A stretch of DNA of 64,000 nucleotides from Macrostomum lignano (Eukaryota): NCBI GenBank assembly GCA_002269645.1, contig NIVC01000992.1:386758-450757 (forward strand), in the 5' to 3' direction. The notes beneath the pieces are model-generated. The model was not told the DNA's origin. It saw nothing but the letters and a program-made list of their open reading frames with translations, and searched no databases. Shown here in pieces: positions 22,412 to 34,765 of the stretch. The position numbers were made by a program, and so were the translations under genes. How positions within the stretch are numbered: position 1 is the first letter of the stretch; each line of letters begins with the position of its first letter.

Positions 22412-22880
22412 ATGTTAATCCGTGCTCTACCAGTCCTAAGCAAGCTTCGTATTGTGCTTGGCTCTCAATCGCCACGCCGTCGTGAGCTCCTTGAACGTGC
22501 TGGGCTCAGTGGCTTTGCCGTGGTCAGTCCCCAAGTTGACGAATCTCTGGAACCTGGCGCTTTGCCTCGCGATGCTGTCCTACAAATTGCCAGGCGCAAA
22601 TGCCGGGCCCTGGCTAACAGTGACAATCCTGCCATTGTGGAAGCCCAACTAATCCTGTGCGCCGACACTGTTGTTGTCATTGACAACGGGCGTAGGATTG
22701 TTAGCAAGCCTGAGCAGCCAGATGTTGCCAAGCAGATGCTGCGAGAGTTAAGCGGCCAGGAACATCAGGTGCGAGTAGTGCTTTGCTTGTTGTTTGTACC
22801 TTGAAATCCTCCTTTCACCGGTCATCCCACTACGAGTACGAGTAGGGCGAACTACTGTGGAGCTCATCTTCATTTTGCCG

Positions 22881-22941
<61 letters not shown>

Positions 22942-23462
22942 GGTAGCTGCCTTGCAAAGGGCAATGCAAGCCAATTCAGCTATTGCATACTTACTAACCA
23001 TGGCCAACTGTGCTTAACTTGCACGGCTTTGGCTGTTGTTTCTGTGACCCTTTTAGTCGCTTTTGACGGAAAGCTATTTTTTTAGTTTCTGATAGTTTTA
23101 AGCTTGTGAACTAATGCTCAAAGCACCCTAGAGCCTCAATCGTGTTTGCTGTGGTATGCTTTAATACCGAACTCCACTCTTGCCAATCCGAAACCGCCAG
23201 GTATTAACCGCCGTCTGCGTGGCCTACCGCCGTTGCAGCGCCGACGCGTTCGCTTTCGACGAATTTGTCGAATCTACGTCGGTAGTGTTTGGTCAGCTCG
23301 ACGACATGATCATCGATGGACAAAGCGGGTGGCTACGGCATCCAGGGCCTCGGCTGCAGTCTTGTTGAATCGATACAGGGCGATTATTACAATGTGATGG
23401 GGCTACCTGTGCACAGGCTGGGCTGTTATTTGGACAGAATCTGTCGGGACACATTTGTATAG
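22412..23462 (+). pseudogene. Maf/YhdE-family nucleoside-triphosphate pyrophosphatase (ASMTL N-terminal-like, stand-alone) with a frameshifting deletion near 23318; exons 22412..22768 and 23201..23462
   Basis: IVLGSQSPRRRELL, ILCADTVV, KPE..AKQMLRELSGQEHQV; exon 2 reads ..[10 protein letters not shown], then a +1 shift to [24 protein letters not shown]. The usual AYxxTGEP segment is missing. Could also be an assembly error. Confidence 0.75.
22881..22939. repeat. (CT)n microsatellite in the Maf intron
   Basis: Directly visible. Confidence 0.97.
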
Positions 23463-24837
23463 GAACTGTAGTACGAGTAATAAGTGTTCAGCGAGGGTCG
23501 TCTCACAAACCCTAATTTTCACAACGTCGAAACCAAAACCTTTCAAAGACCTATATTTCATAAACCCTAATATTCACAATGTCGAAAAAAAGCAATGCAT
23601 CAGATTTCACAAGACCTAAATTTCATAACACCTAAAAGGCATGCACAGAATTTCACAAGCCATAAATTTCACAAGCCCGCAAGTTGTAGAACCGTAAAAG
23701 AGTCGTTGTGTTAGCGTTTAATTTTCTACTAACTCAATTAGACTAAAATAGAGTTTTTATAAATGCGAAATTCGATTCTAATTCACAGTGTGATACAGGT
23801 GTGCTTTAGATGCAACCCAGTGGTTCTATCAGCGACTCTAGCACGCCTCAGATACGGCTCTAGGGCCCCAGAGTCACTTGCATCGACCCGAAGGCGTTTC
23901 AGAGTCGCAGACAATAAAAGGCCTCAAATGGACTCCTAGGCGACTTGTACTGCGACATATCGTCGTTTTAGAGTCGCTTAGAGTCATTTATCCTTCCTGT
24001 TTACCTGCAACGACTCTGGGCGACGCAAGTGACTATGGGTCGCTTCTTGGCGTGGGCACCGTTTTTATCGGGATTGTCAGCTTAACAATAAACTAACAAC
24101 AATACGCTCGCAGTTCATTTTGTCCTTGAATTCGTTCAAGGAAAATATAACAGCTCTGTCAAGCACTGTTCCTCTGAGCTTTGTTTTAATGTTGATCTAA
24201 GCATTTCACATGTTTAAATTTTCGGCAAGTGCTTTGCCAGTAAAACCTTTTTATCGCATTAGTTGCGAATCAATTTTTAACAGTCAAGTTTAAATCAATA
24301 GTCTGACTGATCAATAGCATTTTGCTAAATTTGAGTTACTTACTTCATGGTGCCATATTGAATGCAATATATGAAATGGAGTTCAATTAAAACCAGGATT
24401 AAATAATCTTGGCTTATTATTGGTTGAATGATCCCCAGCCATTGGAGAGAACTATTGAACGGTTCTTGAAAATTCTACGAAGTCTTGTTTATTATTTATT
24501 TCGCAATAGGATGGAGCTTATTTAGCAATGTTGAACCTTATACGTGTAGCTTTTTGTCATATTCGCATTATTGTTCAGTAAATGTGTTTAAATATATATT
24601 GCGACTAGAATTCTAAGTTGCTAACTTCCTACGAGTATGAGCGTATAATCGTAACTACTGATATTATATTTTAACCGTTCTACAAGCCTAGTTCAAAAGT
24701 AGGGTCGCTCTCAAAAGCATGAATGTTCACATCATAAATTTGTAGAATAGTGAATTTCTTAAGCTCGAAGCTCAAAAATCTTGTGAAACACTCCCTAGAA
24801 AGTAAACGTCGATTGACGAAGTTTTCAGACATTCCTT

Positions 24838-27532
24838 TCAGCCGTTCCATCCCTTCAGACACTTGGGCACGCAACGAACTCCAACCGACCGCCGATGTCG
24901 CCGCTTCAGTAGCAGAAACGCCGCAGTCCGAAACACAATCAACAGGCCGAACATAACGCCAACGCTTAGCCACGGCGGCGCCAGCGGGTCCTGCATCGCG
25001 GCTAAAACTTCGCGGCCAGATATAACGCCGGTGCCATTGCTAGCGATACATGTTGGGTACTTGCTAGAACTGGACGCGCTGGTAACTGCGCACTGCAGCT
25101 CTGGCATGCCGTTGAACACAACGTACACGTGGAACTGGAATGCATAGCGAATGAAGGAGAGCCAGCGAACCCAGCCCAGGGCTGGCGGGAATCTTGTCAG
25201 GAAGAGACCGCCAGCCGTGAAGGCTAAAAATAGCAGCGTGAACGCGGCGGCAAGATTGGCCTTGGGCCTGCGGGACACCAGGCTGAAGAACATGCCCATG
25301 CCCTGGCAGGCCAGTACATTCAACAGAAGCATGCTGGTGAACTCCACATATGTTCCAGCGCTGCCCAAATCGGCGGCCCAGAAGATAATACTGAGCGAAA
25401 TCAGAGGCAAGATGATCTGGGTTGGAGCCTCCGTGACTGTTTTAGCCAAATAGTACGCACTGATCTTGTACTTGTTTGCAAGCAGCTCATGCTGCACTAT
25501 GGTCAGATCCTCCGTAAAAGAACTCAACGGTTCCAGGATGTTGATGTTGCTCTGGCTGAGTGTCAAATAAAACAGCAGGCCAAGAATGTCTTTTATATCT
25601 TCTTCGCGGCGTTGGATGTGAAACCACAGTGCCGACACCAGCACTGTAAACACTGTGTACTGCACCAGCGGGAACACGGCGAATGATCTCAGGCTTGAAA
25701 CCTGAATTGGGAGAATGATTATGACTTTAGTTTTGCGAAATTTTCTGTAAAATATCTCCGAATTCGAGTACTACCTGAAAATTTCGCACCACCAATGCTC
25801 TGAACTGGGCCCACCAGCTGGCTTTTCGCTGCTCCTCTCTGGCACTCTCTAAAAACTTCAGCGGCTGCGACTCGGTAGCGCTAGAGGCAGCGCCTGTGTC
25901 TTGCATGAGGCCGTCGCGCCACTGATCGGCCTTGAAGACAAAGGTGTCGCCTGTCTCGCGCATCGGAATCGCGTCATAGCCGCACCCGGGGTCGGCAGTT
26001 CCGACAGGCGACATCGGTGGCGGAAGCGACGCGTCCGTAAACAGTTCTCGGCCCTTCTCCAGAATCAGCGCGCGCTTGCCAGATGTCACCGCCTCCATAA
26101 GATAGTCAGCCGGGTTCCAGTCCTTGGGAAACGGCACCCCGATGCAGTCGAAATAATTAGCCATGTCTTTTCGTTGGCCGCGATAGCACACGTGGCCGTC
26201 GACCAGAAGCAAAACATCGTCAAATACGTGGTAGATGTGCGACGATGGCTGGTGAATGCTGGTGATCACAATGCGGTTGTTGCTAGTGGCCCAGTCGTGC
26301 AGCAGGCGTACGATTGAGTGCGCCAGACTGGCATCTAGCCCGGATGTCGGTTCGTCAAGTAGCAGCACACGGGGATCGTGCAGCAGCTCGCAGGCGATGC
26401 TGGCGCGGCGTTTTTCACCTCCGGAGAGACCCTTGTCCAGAAAATCCCCGATTCGCGTGTCGATGCACCTGTTGAATAATTGTTACAATAATTCTCTGCA
26501 ATACGACTTTGGCTAGACAGATATATAAAACAGTACAAAAAGTATATAAAACAGTTCTTATATAATATATTTATGTGTAAGTACACAGCTTGTAACGAAC
26601 AAGGATTGGCTGATTCAGGTTGGAACCTGTAACATGTACGGTCGTAGACATGTACATGTAACAATGCAAGGCAACTTTATCCTACACAGCCTTAAAGTGA
26701 GTCATCAAGTCTACTTGCGTATGCAGCAGACAGGAGGACCGCAGCTCCCAACTGTCCTCCACCAAAAAGCACCCAATTCAAAAAAACAAAACGAAAGAGA
26801 CCAACAAACTTGAATGTCACGAACTCCATTCTATTTTAGTCACCCCTTTGATATGACATAATATAAAAATAGTTACAAAGACACAGGACGTACTAAGACA
26901 CAAGTGACTACCAAGAGACATAGGGGTCGTACTATAAAGCTGTCGTAGCGTAAGTTAAGTTCGATCGTACGTCGGAACTTTTACACTACGGAGATGGGAG
27001 CTAAGAACGATCTTATCTTACGATGGCTTTATAGAACGGGCCCATAGTATCTACCAACCGACAGGGTGCCCGCAAAGTGAAATATAGCGAGTGGCGTTTA
27101 CAAATGCCGCAGCCCTCAATTCATCAAAGCAACTTACTTCTCCAGCTCCAAAGCTTCAACTACTCGACCGATTCGCCGCATTTTTTCTGCCGGTCCAACC
27201 TCCGAGCCGAGTCGAACTTCGGCCGTAAACTGCAGCATCTGGCGCAGTGTCAACTGTGGAAAGAACACGTCTTCCTGGGTGACGTAGCCGAATCCTTTCT
27301 GCGTCTTGCGCGACACGGCCTGTCGGCCAAGTTTCAGACAGCCGCTGTCTAACGGCAGCCGGCCGCACAGCGAGTGCAGCAAAGTGGTCTTGCCGCTGCC
27401 ACTCGGGCCCATCACAGCTGTGAGTCGGCCGCTCTCACTGCGAAAGCTGACGCTATTTAGTACGGGAGTGTCGCAATCTTTGACGAACACCGTCAGATTT
27501 TGCAGCGTCAGCGTCAAGTGGCGTTGCCGCAT
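24838..27532 (-). CDS. ABCG (White-family) half-transporter, ~650 aa; complement(27138..27532, 25775..26468, 24838..25701)
   Basis: Walker A GPSGSGKTT, Q-loop YVTQED, signature LSGGEKRR, Walker B LLLDEPTSGLD, H-loop TSIHQPS, then an N-terminal-NBD/C-terminal-TMD arrangement (SAYYLAKT..., WLSFIRY). GT-AG introns of phase 2 and 0. Confidence 0.95.
26923..27043. mobile_element. 121-bp MITE, PIF/Harbinger-like, in ABCG intron 1
   Basis: Imperfect TIRs GGGGTCGTACTATAAAGCTGTCGTAG / CTTACGATGGCTTTATAGAACGGGCCC; 3-bp ATA on both sides. Confidence 0.55.
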
Positions 27533-28535
27533 AGCTTTTTTTCTGGCGAGAATATTCGCTGGACACAAAAAATCACTGTTGCTGTTTGGGAAAATGAGAT
27601 TTTAAAGATATTTATTCGAACGGTTTAAGCCCCATTTTTAACGGCCGGGTCACGTTTATTGTGTGGGAGGCCATGCAAAGATTCAGAAGAAGCTATTAGA
27701 CATTTTCTGTTTCAAGTAAAGCCCAGTTTAAGATTGTGCCTTTCTTGCCTGGGTTAAAGATTAGGGTGAGAGTCTGTTGATTTTTAAAATCATGCGGATT
27801 CTCTGAAGCCAACCAACCCCCCTCGAATCAGTCTTAGAAAGCGACAAGGGCAGAAACGAAAAAAAGACGAATTCGGTTTTTCTAGCAAATCTCGGGCTGC
27901 ATCTGTCTTATGAACCTGCTGCTGCGACGAGTTTTATGGACCGTGTGATGACGACGTAAGACGACGTATCGAAAAGCGATTTAATTTATTTTATCCAAGT
28001 GTTACTGTTGTGACCAGCTTCCAGCTCCTGAGTCTGGACACACAAGTTTGAAGGCCTAACTTAACTATCTCAGTGATTGAGCAACCAGCTGTTTTAAAAA
28101 AACTATGAGATATTTATTTCACATTCTTTTCTTGCTACTACATGTATTTAGTAGGCGATCTTCCATAAATTTTTTCGTTTAGAAATTTCTTTAGCAAAGT
28201 ACTTTTATTGGTTTTCATAGGGAATAACGATGAAAGTTTGAAAGACTTGCTTGAGCACTATTTTCAAAGGCCATAAACAGCTTTGTGATTTAGATATCGC
28301 TGAAAGTATTTGTAGTTATTAATACAGAATGTTTGGAATCTAGACGGCTTGTGATGTAGATGTAGGAAGTTACGCATGTATTGTAAATTGATACTAGAGG
28401 TGTTCGGGATTGGAACCCCGAACCCACGTCCCGAACTTTAATCCCGACTCCGAAAATCCCGACGTATACGAACATATGGTAATTCTGAAAGTTAACGAAA
28501 CTTCAAAAACCCAGTCCCGAACCCCAATCCCGACC

Positions 28536-28601
28536 CAGGGACAACTAAAACACTCAGTGTAGAGTGTTGAGTGTTAGTGTTGAGTGTTTTAGTTGTCCCT
28601 G
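28536..28601. mobile_element. 66-bp hAT-like mini-MITE (hairpin)
   Basis: Perfect 21-bp TIR CAGGGACAACTAAAACACTCA; flanks TCCCGACC and TCGCGACC match at 7/8 positions as an 8-bp TSD. Confidence 0.7.
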
Positions 28602-29320
28602 TCGCGACCCCAAATGCTTGCACATAAGTGATCCTGAGAGCACACATTTTTTATGAGAACCATTTTTCTCTAAAAAATATCCCAACCCAGAAATTTCTAA
28701 ACCCTCCACAATTAAAATAGCAGTCTTTACAGCCCTGAGCCGACACCCTAAATGGAGCTCCGAGATCCTATAGCTTAGCTATAGAAGATAAAGAGCCTCA
28801 TTACTAGCAGAGGGATATTTGTGGCAATAGTTTTAAGCTGCTGGTCTGCTGGTCTGTCTGCTTCTAACCAGCTAGACTGAAAATTCTTAGTCTATCCTCC
28901 CGCAGCTTCATGCCGTCTGTCAGCAGCCCACATCCAGTTGAAGCCATCATTTTGGAAAAAAATTCAACAAACTGCCCACGCTCAGCTTTTGACGCGAAAT
29001 TGTATTATTTATCTTCGCCCAACTCCCTATTGGGAATAGCGCATTAGTTTCCAACACTCACGGTCTGCTATTGATGCCATATTTGGGAACGGCACTTCAT
29101 TGGCTCCGGTGTGGGAGAAAGGTAGACAGGGTGTGGGAGAAAGGTAGACAGAGAGATGGAGACGAGAGTCCACTAGAATGGCGCCACTTGATCCATAAAA
29201 GCTTCCTGTCCGTCTACCGTCGACCTGTCTACAACTAAAAAAATGAATTACTAAACTAGTAATTCACATTACTAAGTAGAGCAGCTGCTTATCATAGTTA
29301 AAACACTCTTCGGATTCGGC

Positions 29321-31358
29321 ATGTGGACCAAGGTCTGTCTGATTGCCTGCCTGGCTGCAGTGACTGCTTCAGGGATGGCTGAGTCGCAGAAATTCTGCAA
29401 GCCAATGCGACTCGTACCCTCTCCCAAACCCGTCTGGCTGGACGCGACTTTGAGCAGTGACGTCATCACCGAGACCAACGTGGCTTCGGTGCAAGACTGT
29501 CTGCTCAGGTGTCGAATGAGAGGCTGCGCTGTGGCGGTTGTTCCCAAGGGCGCCTCCACCTGCCAGCTCGTCATCATCAACGATGCGTCGCAGTCTCCGG
29601 GACCGACGGCGAGTCACGTGACGCGACTGCTGGGCTCCGAGGTGGGCGAATCCGTGTGGACGGCGGATAACCTCGAGCAGCTGATCCGGGAGAGGGCCTA
29701 CAAACTGGACGTTGTCTTTAAAAGTGAGCAAGTCATGAATTAGTTTATAAATTACTTTAACTAGCAATTATCACGTTAAATTAACATGTTTATCACGTTG
29801 TATGTTATCACGTTTCGGATGTTGAAACTCAGTCCGAAAGAATTATTTAGGCTCACGAAGTGCTTTTAAGTGTTCTGTATCCGAGCAAGAGAAGGAAAAT
29901 TTTAACTTTACAGATCCTAACTTTGACATTGAGGTGTCCTTGGTCAAAGAATATCACTCGGTCTCTTTTTTGGTCCCAAGACTCGAAGCGCGCCCTGTGA
30001 CTCTAGTCTCATTTTTAGTACCTTGTGTTTGTGCACTTTTATTGTACATGTAGAAGTTGAAGAAGATGCTAATAGAATTTTTATTCATTTTGCCCAGTAA
30101 AGTATCTAAGTGAAAGCAAAATATCTGTTCGACAATTCCCAGATCTCACTGTTTTTTACTGCGTTCTGAATTCAGACTCAGCCTCGGGCAGAAATGGCTC
30201 CATCTGGACCCTGCCGATCGAGTTCTCCGGCTGCTACCGCATCGAGGCCGCTGGAGCCAGAGGCGGCGCCAACCTGCCCGAAGCCACTGTCGGTGGCCAC
30301 GGAGCCACCGCGGCTGCCAACTTCAGCCTGACGGCCGGAATCCAGCTGGCCATCGCAGTCGGGCAGGCGGGCATCAACGCTACTGCGGACGACGCTGCGC
30401 CCGGCGGAGGCGGCGGCAGCTTTGTGTGGAGAAGCGACGTGCCGGAGACTCCGCTGCTACTGGCTGCCGGCGGCGGCGGTGGAGGCGCCAGAAATAGACA
30501 CGGTGAGCGAATGCTCCACTTATTGTGATTTTTCATTGTGGTAATATTTTTATTGCTTTTTCCTTGACGGGAGAGTTTCTCATTTTTAAAAGAATGGAAT
30601 TCGAAAATGAAACACAAACATGTTTCCTGTCTTCCAAAATCAGATAACTTTGACCTCAGGTCAGTCCCCCTACATGTACTAGCCAGTTAAACTTTTCACA
30701 AGAAATTCCTCAAGAACTTTTTTATTTGTATCATTTCGTGAACATGTCCATTGACTCGTTGTCATCATAGGCTTTGCACATCGAGTGTGACTTCGAACCA
30801 ATATATGAAGCACTGATAAAACCGATAGACGACACTTGTCCTGTCTTCCAATTTTAAGGTTTTCCTGGTGAAAGCGGTTGCAACGGCAGCAACTCTGTGG
30901 GCCACAACTTAGCTCTGTCTGGCTATGGCGGAGGCGACGGACAGCCCGGCTTCAACGAGCCGCTGCTGACTGGCTCAGGATTCAACCACGGCGGCTGCGG
31001 CGCCGGCTGGCTCGGTAGGGCCGTCAACCCGAGGCGAAACTCCAGTGATGGAGAGCGAGGCGGCAGTCTGGCCAACGGCTGGGTCGGCGGCGGCGGCGGC
31101 GACGGAGGAGGCGGCGACGGCGGATTCGGCGGAGGCGGCGGAGGTGGCGGCAATCGCTACGGCAGAAGAGGAGCCCCGGGCGCCGGCGGTGGCTTCAGCG
31201 GAGGCGGCGCTGGTCGCGGAGTTGGCCACGCGGCCGGCGGTGGCGGCTCCGTCTGCATCGGCGGCAGCGGCTTCGTTGCCGTCAAGGGCGGCAACACCTA
31301 CAGCGAGCAGGGCAGCGTGGCGGTGCTTCTGGTGAACGCAATCACCGCCGGATGTTGA
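29321..31358 (+). CDS. Secreted PAN/apple-like + ALK/LTK-type glycine-rich domain protein, paralog B, 409 aa; exons 29321..29723, 30176..30502, 30859..31358
   Basis: Signal MWTKVCLIACLAAVTASG; VQDCLLRCRMRGCAVAV..CQL; GCYRIEAAGARGG, FSLTAGIQLAIAVGQAG, LLLAAGGGGG, HGGCGAGW. Two phase-1 GT-AG introns; 1230 nt open. Confidence 0.92.
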
Positions 31359-32322
31359 TCTTCAGGATGCGGAATGAAGTCTGAATTTTAACATTAATTT
31401 TGCAAACAAAAATTACTCTAAAAAATAACTAACGAAAGAATTTTTGAGATTACGAGCGTATGTCGCTTTTTGTGTAACCACTATACTCGTGTCGAATCAT
31501 TCCGCTCCTTCCCAATGTCTATCTATCCTCTTACACTTCTTCTCTAATGAAAATTTGCTTATAGATGCCCCCTCAAGCAAGCAATACCAGAGGTTTTATA
31601 CCACGTTTTATCTAAATGTGCATTGTATGCTCAGTCCAAATTAAACTTTATTTTCATTTTCAGCCAATGAGCCACAATAGAGATGCATCATCAAACTCTG
31701 ATGATGTGGGCTTCATACTTCTTTACCTGTAGGTAAGCAAAATTTTGTGCAATTAAATGTTACTATTTTGACTTTAAGTGAAGTTTAATTCACTGCGGCA
31801 CCTGTAGGTCTTACGGGTCAAAAAGTTGAACACTGCTTCAAGTACAAACCTAAACCTGATTTTTAAAACAAATATTTAATTTTACATTTCACTGACGCTC
31901 AGCCGAGGTATGGCGTCGTTATCCATTTATGCAGTTGTAAAGTACATATTTGTCAGCGACGTCGATAGACGTCAGAAACGTTGGCCGACGTCGAATGGAT
32001 CAACAAGTATGTAACCTTCGGTCTCCAGATTTTTTATTATTTAATTACTAAAAACCGATGGCTCAGCCGCCTCATTGCTAGAGTTGGGATCCTATATGCT
32101 AAAAATAGTGTTTCCGATATGTCTATGTTCTTAGCTTACTAGCCTACCAACACAAAGCTTTATTGGCAAGTGTCAATGCAAGTTTCTATTCGAGGGTGCC
32201 GTGCAACTTTCCGGCTCGCTAGAAGAATATTTACCGCAGCAATAAGACTTCGTTAGGGTTTTTTTACTCCCGGGACTTCTTCGAATCAGGCGTCGCAAAG
32301 AAGACACAATCGCGCAATTGAA

Positions 32323-32946
32323 ATGGGTCGGTCTAGCGACCTTCTGCAGCCGTCGGTGTCTTCAAGCCGCCATCGCCACCACCACCGTCGCCGCCGCCTC
32401 CAAAGTGTGGCGCCTCGCGTTGACACCGATGACTGCTCTGGCCAGTTGTACACAAACGATCATAAATTCATCGCCGAATTTATAAGAAATCAAAATCGAC
32501 GACAACAGAAGCACAGCCGAGCCAAGTCAACGGCCGCTGTGTCTCCGAACGAACAAATCAATAATGTCAGAGCCAAATCTGTCGTTGGCATCAGCTCAGC
32601 TTGTCTCAACCGCCGATCCAGCCGTCACAAAATCGTCGACGAGGAGCAACAACAACAGGGCGAGGAAAACTGGTGGCGAAGCCGATGCTACAACTGCAAC
32701 CACGAGCTGGTGCCGCCCGCCCTGCTCATCAACTGCCGCGGTCGTCGACGAAAGCAACAACTCCAGAAGCAGCAGCAAGGGGATCTGCAAGCCGATAAAA
32801 ACTCGCAAATGGTGGCCAATGCCGTCTCGGGCACCGCTGATTCTAGCGGCCTCTGTCAGGCCATGCGCCTGGCCAACTGCAGCATGCTGCAGAAGCCAAC
32901 AGTGATCATTGGCAGCAAGCAGCCAAAAGAGGCGGCCAATTGGTAG
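32323..32946 (+). CDS. Orphan single-exon ORF, 207 aa, R/Q/S-rich with a CxxC-x-H..C stretch; unknown function
   Basis: ATG-initiated GC-rich ORF with codon style and CAG runs like the neighbouring genes; no family recognised. Confidence 0.55.
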   Translation: MGRSSDLLQPSVSSSRHRHHHRRRRLQSVAPRVDTDDCSGQLYTNDHKFIAEFIRNQNRRQQKHSRAKSTAAVSPNEQINNVRAKSVVGISSACLNRRSSRHKIVDEEQQQQGEENWWRSRCYNCNHELVPPALLINCRGRRRKQQLQKQQQGDLQADKNSQMVANAVSGTADSSGLCQAMRLANCSMLQKPTVIIGSKQPKEAANW

Positions 32947-33574
32947 GAAGAAAGCAGCAGCAGCAGCATCCTTCATGGCCTGACCTGCGATTGTTAACAT
33001 GCTCCGTAACTGTATTCGTCAAAATGCGAAAGTTGTTGCTCACACACAGGCGACGAATATCGAGCCCTTACGTGTCGCGTTTCATCGGACGCTGCAAGTC
33101 TGAAAACACTATGAATTCGCTCTTTCCGTTCTAGCCAAACCACGCCAGGCGCACCGTTCCATCCAACAGACAATTTTCTGTAAAAAATTGCGAACAATGC
33201 GGTCCGTTAATAAACAGTTTTTTTTCTTGTCACATTTGAAGAAAAATCTCCAGTAAAAAATCGTCTGGAATTTAAACCTGCCTTTGAGACTCTACTAAGC
33301 ATTGAAATTGCAGGATTCATGTGGACTTGAGGCTTACGTTCTAAAAAAGCTTTGCTCATTAATCGCACAGATCGAACAGGTGAATGCTAATTTTACCTGG
33401 ATTGACGATGCACGGTTAAGGGAACTAACTAACTAAATAAGTAATACGGCGCCTCAGCCATTGAACAGGCTCTTACGCCACTAGAGAAATATTTGAGTTC
33501 CAGATAGGGAGTGTACTTATCTACACTAAAAGCCAAGTTAGACTATAGAGGACTGTACAGGGCAGAATCATAAA

Positions 33575-33897
33575 AACCAAACCTCCCCGGGGGACAGTGA
33601 CAGCGGTTCGACGAACCAGTCAGGGAGCCCGTGCCCAAAACCAGGTTAGATAGACCCTATAGCCTATTAGGGATGGCCCGAAGGCCTAGAGCCGTGGCAA
33701 CCGTGCTGGGGCCGACCGCCCACCACCCCCGGGTACAATTCAAAAACCTCCCCGGGGCCAGAGGGGGTTGAGTGAACCAATCAGGGAAGCCCGTGCCTTC
33801 TCCAGGGTTAGAAAAGCCAAAAACCGGTCAATTGACCGCCCCCACGGCCGTGGCGACCCGAAGGAGCCTGCCCCCAGCTAAACCCCGGGTACTCTTG
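33575..33897. repeat. Diverged direct dimer of a ~165-bp GC-rich unit
   Basis: AAACCTCCCCGGGG..GAACCA(G/A)TCAGGGA(A)GCCCGTGCC..GGTTAGA..GCCGTGGC..CCCCGGGTAC occurs at ~33580 and ~33744. Confidence 0.6.
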
Positions 33898-34463
33898 CCA
33901 GACAGTCTCTTATCTTTGAAGCGGCAGGGCTATTCGCCGGGACTATTTCACCCTTTGCTTCGCCAACCCGCCATTTCTATAGTGACCGTGACAACGGTCT
34001 CGTCCTGCTCAGACTCAGTCCTGGTTCTGGCACACTCCAGCTTTAATAGGGTCGCTGGCTGTACGCTCAGAGGGCGCCTGAGGGATACCGTCAGAGCACC
34101 TTGGTACAGGTATAGGCCTGCCTTCCTATACAGCTACCCACAGCCCTTCCCGATCCACTATTACCCTCCAACCCAGCCTACTCACTCATTACAAGCTTTC
34201 AGCCAGGCAGGGACAAGTTTCACAGGAGTGACTGCGGTTAGGCGTCTCTATGCGAGACAAAACCACGGCACGGTTAAGGGAAATAACGTGTAAATAGATC
34301 GTGTATTCTTGACGACGAACGAGTTTCTAAAGACTCACATCGTATTTAGTTCGTTGTTTCCTACTACTAGTAGTAGTATCGATGCAAATATAGATATATT
34401 AGATATTCTCAACGATAAGTAATGATTTAAGTAGATAAACCATGCATAGTTGAGCAGTTGAGA

Positions 34464-34765
34464 GGGGGTTGTAGCCTAGTGGTTAGAGCGTCGGACTCAC
34501 GAATGAAAGGTCGGGGGCTCGAATCCCATTCCCCTGAAATAATTTGTGTCCTTGAGCAAGTCATCTAACTCTGCATTGCTTCAGTTCACCCAGCTGTAAA
34601 ATGGGTGCCAGCATTAGCTGGGGTAATTGAGGCTGTGTGGCGACCCCCCAGTCCTTGGACTGAACAGCCGTACGCAGCCTTCAGATGCACCGCGCGATAG
34701 CTGTGGCTGAGCTGTCGGTTGCACATCTGCATGTTCATTAGGGCGCCTGTAATAAAAAAGAAAAT
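34464..34765 (+). mobile_element. tRNA-derived SINE (family 2) with a CORE-like central domain
   Basis: Box A TAGCCTAGTGG (34472), box B GGCTCGAATCC (34516); GTGTCCTTGAGCAAGTCATCTAAC..CTTCAGTTCACCCAGCTGTAAAATGGG (34546-34605) resembles the MIR/CORE consensus; A-rich tail; no TSD seen. Confidence 0.8.

Noticed and set aside
23826-24060. GACTC-rich segment with an internal ~19-bp inverted repeat (near 23867 and 24021)
   Set aside because: Probably an old MITE, but ends and TSD could not be defined.
34464-34535. tRNA gene
   Set aside because: The acceptor stem does not pair properly and the sequence continues into a SINE body and A-tail.
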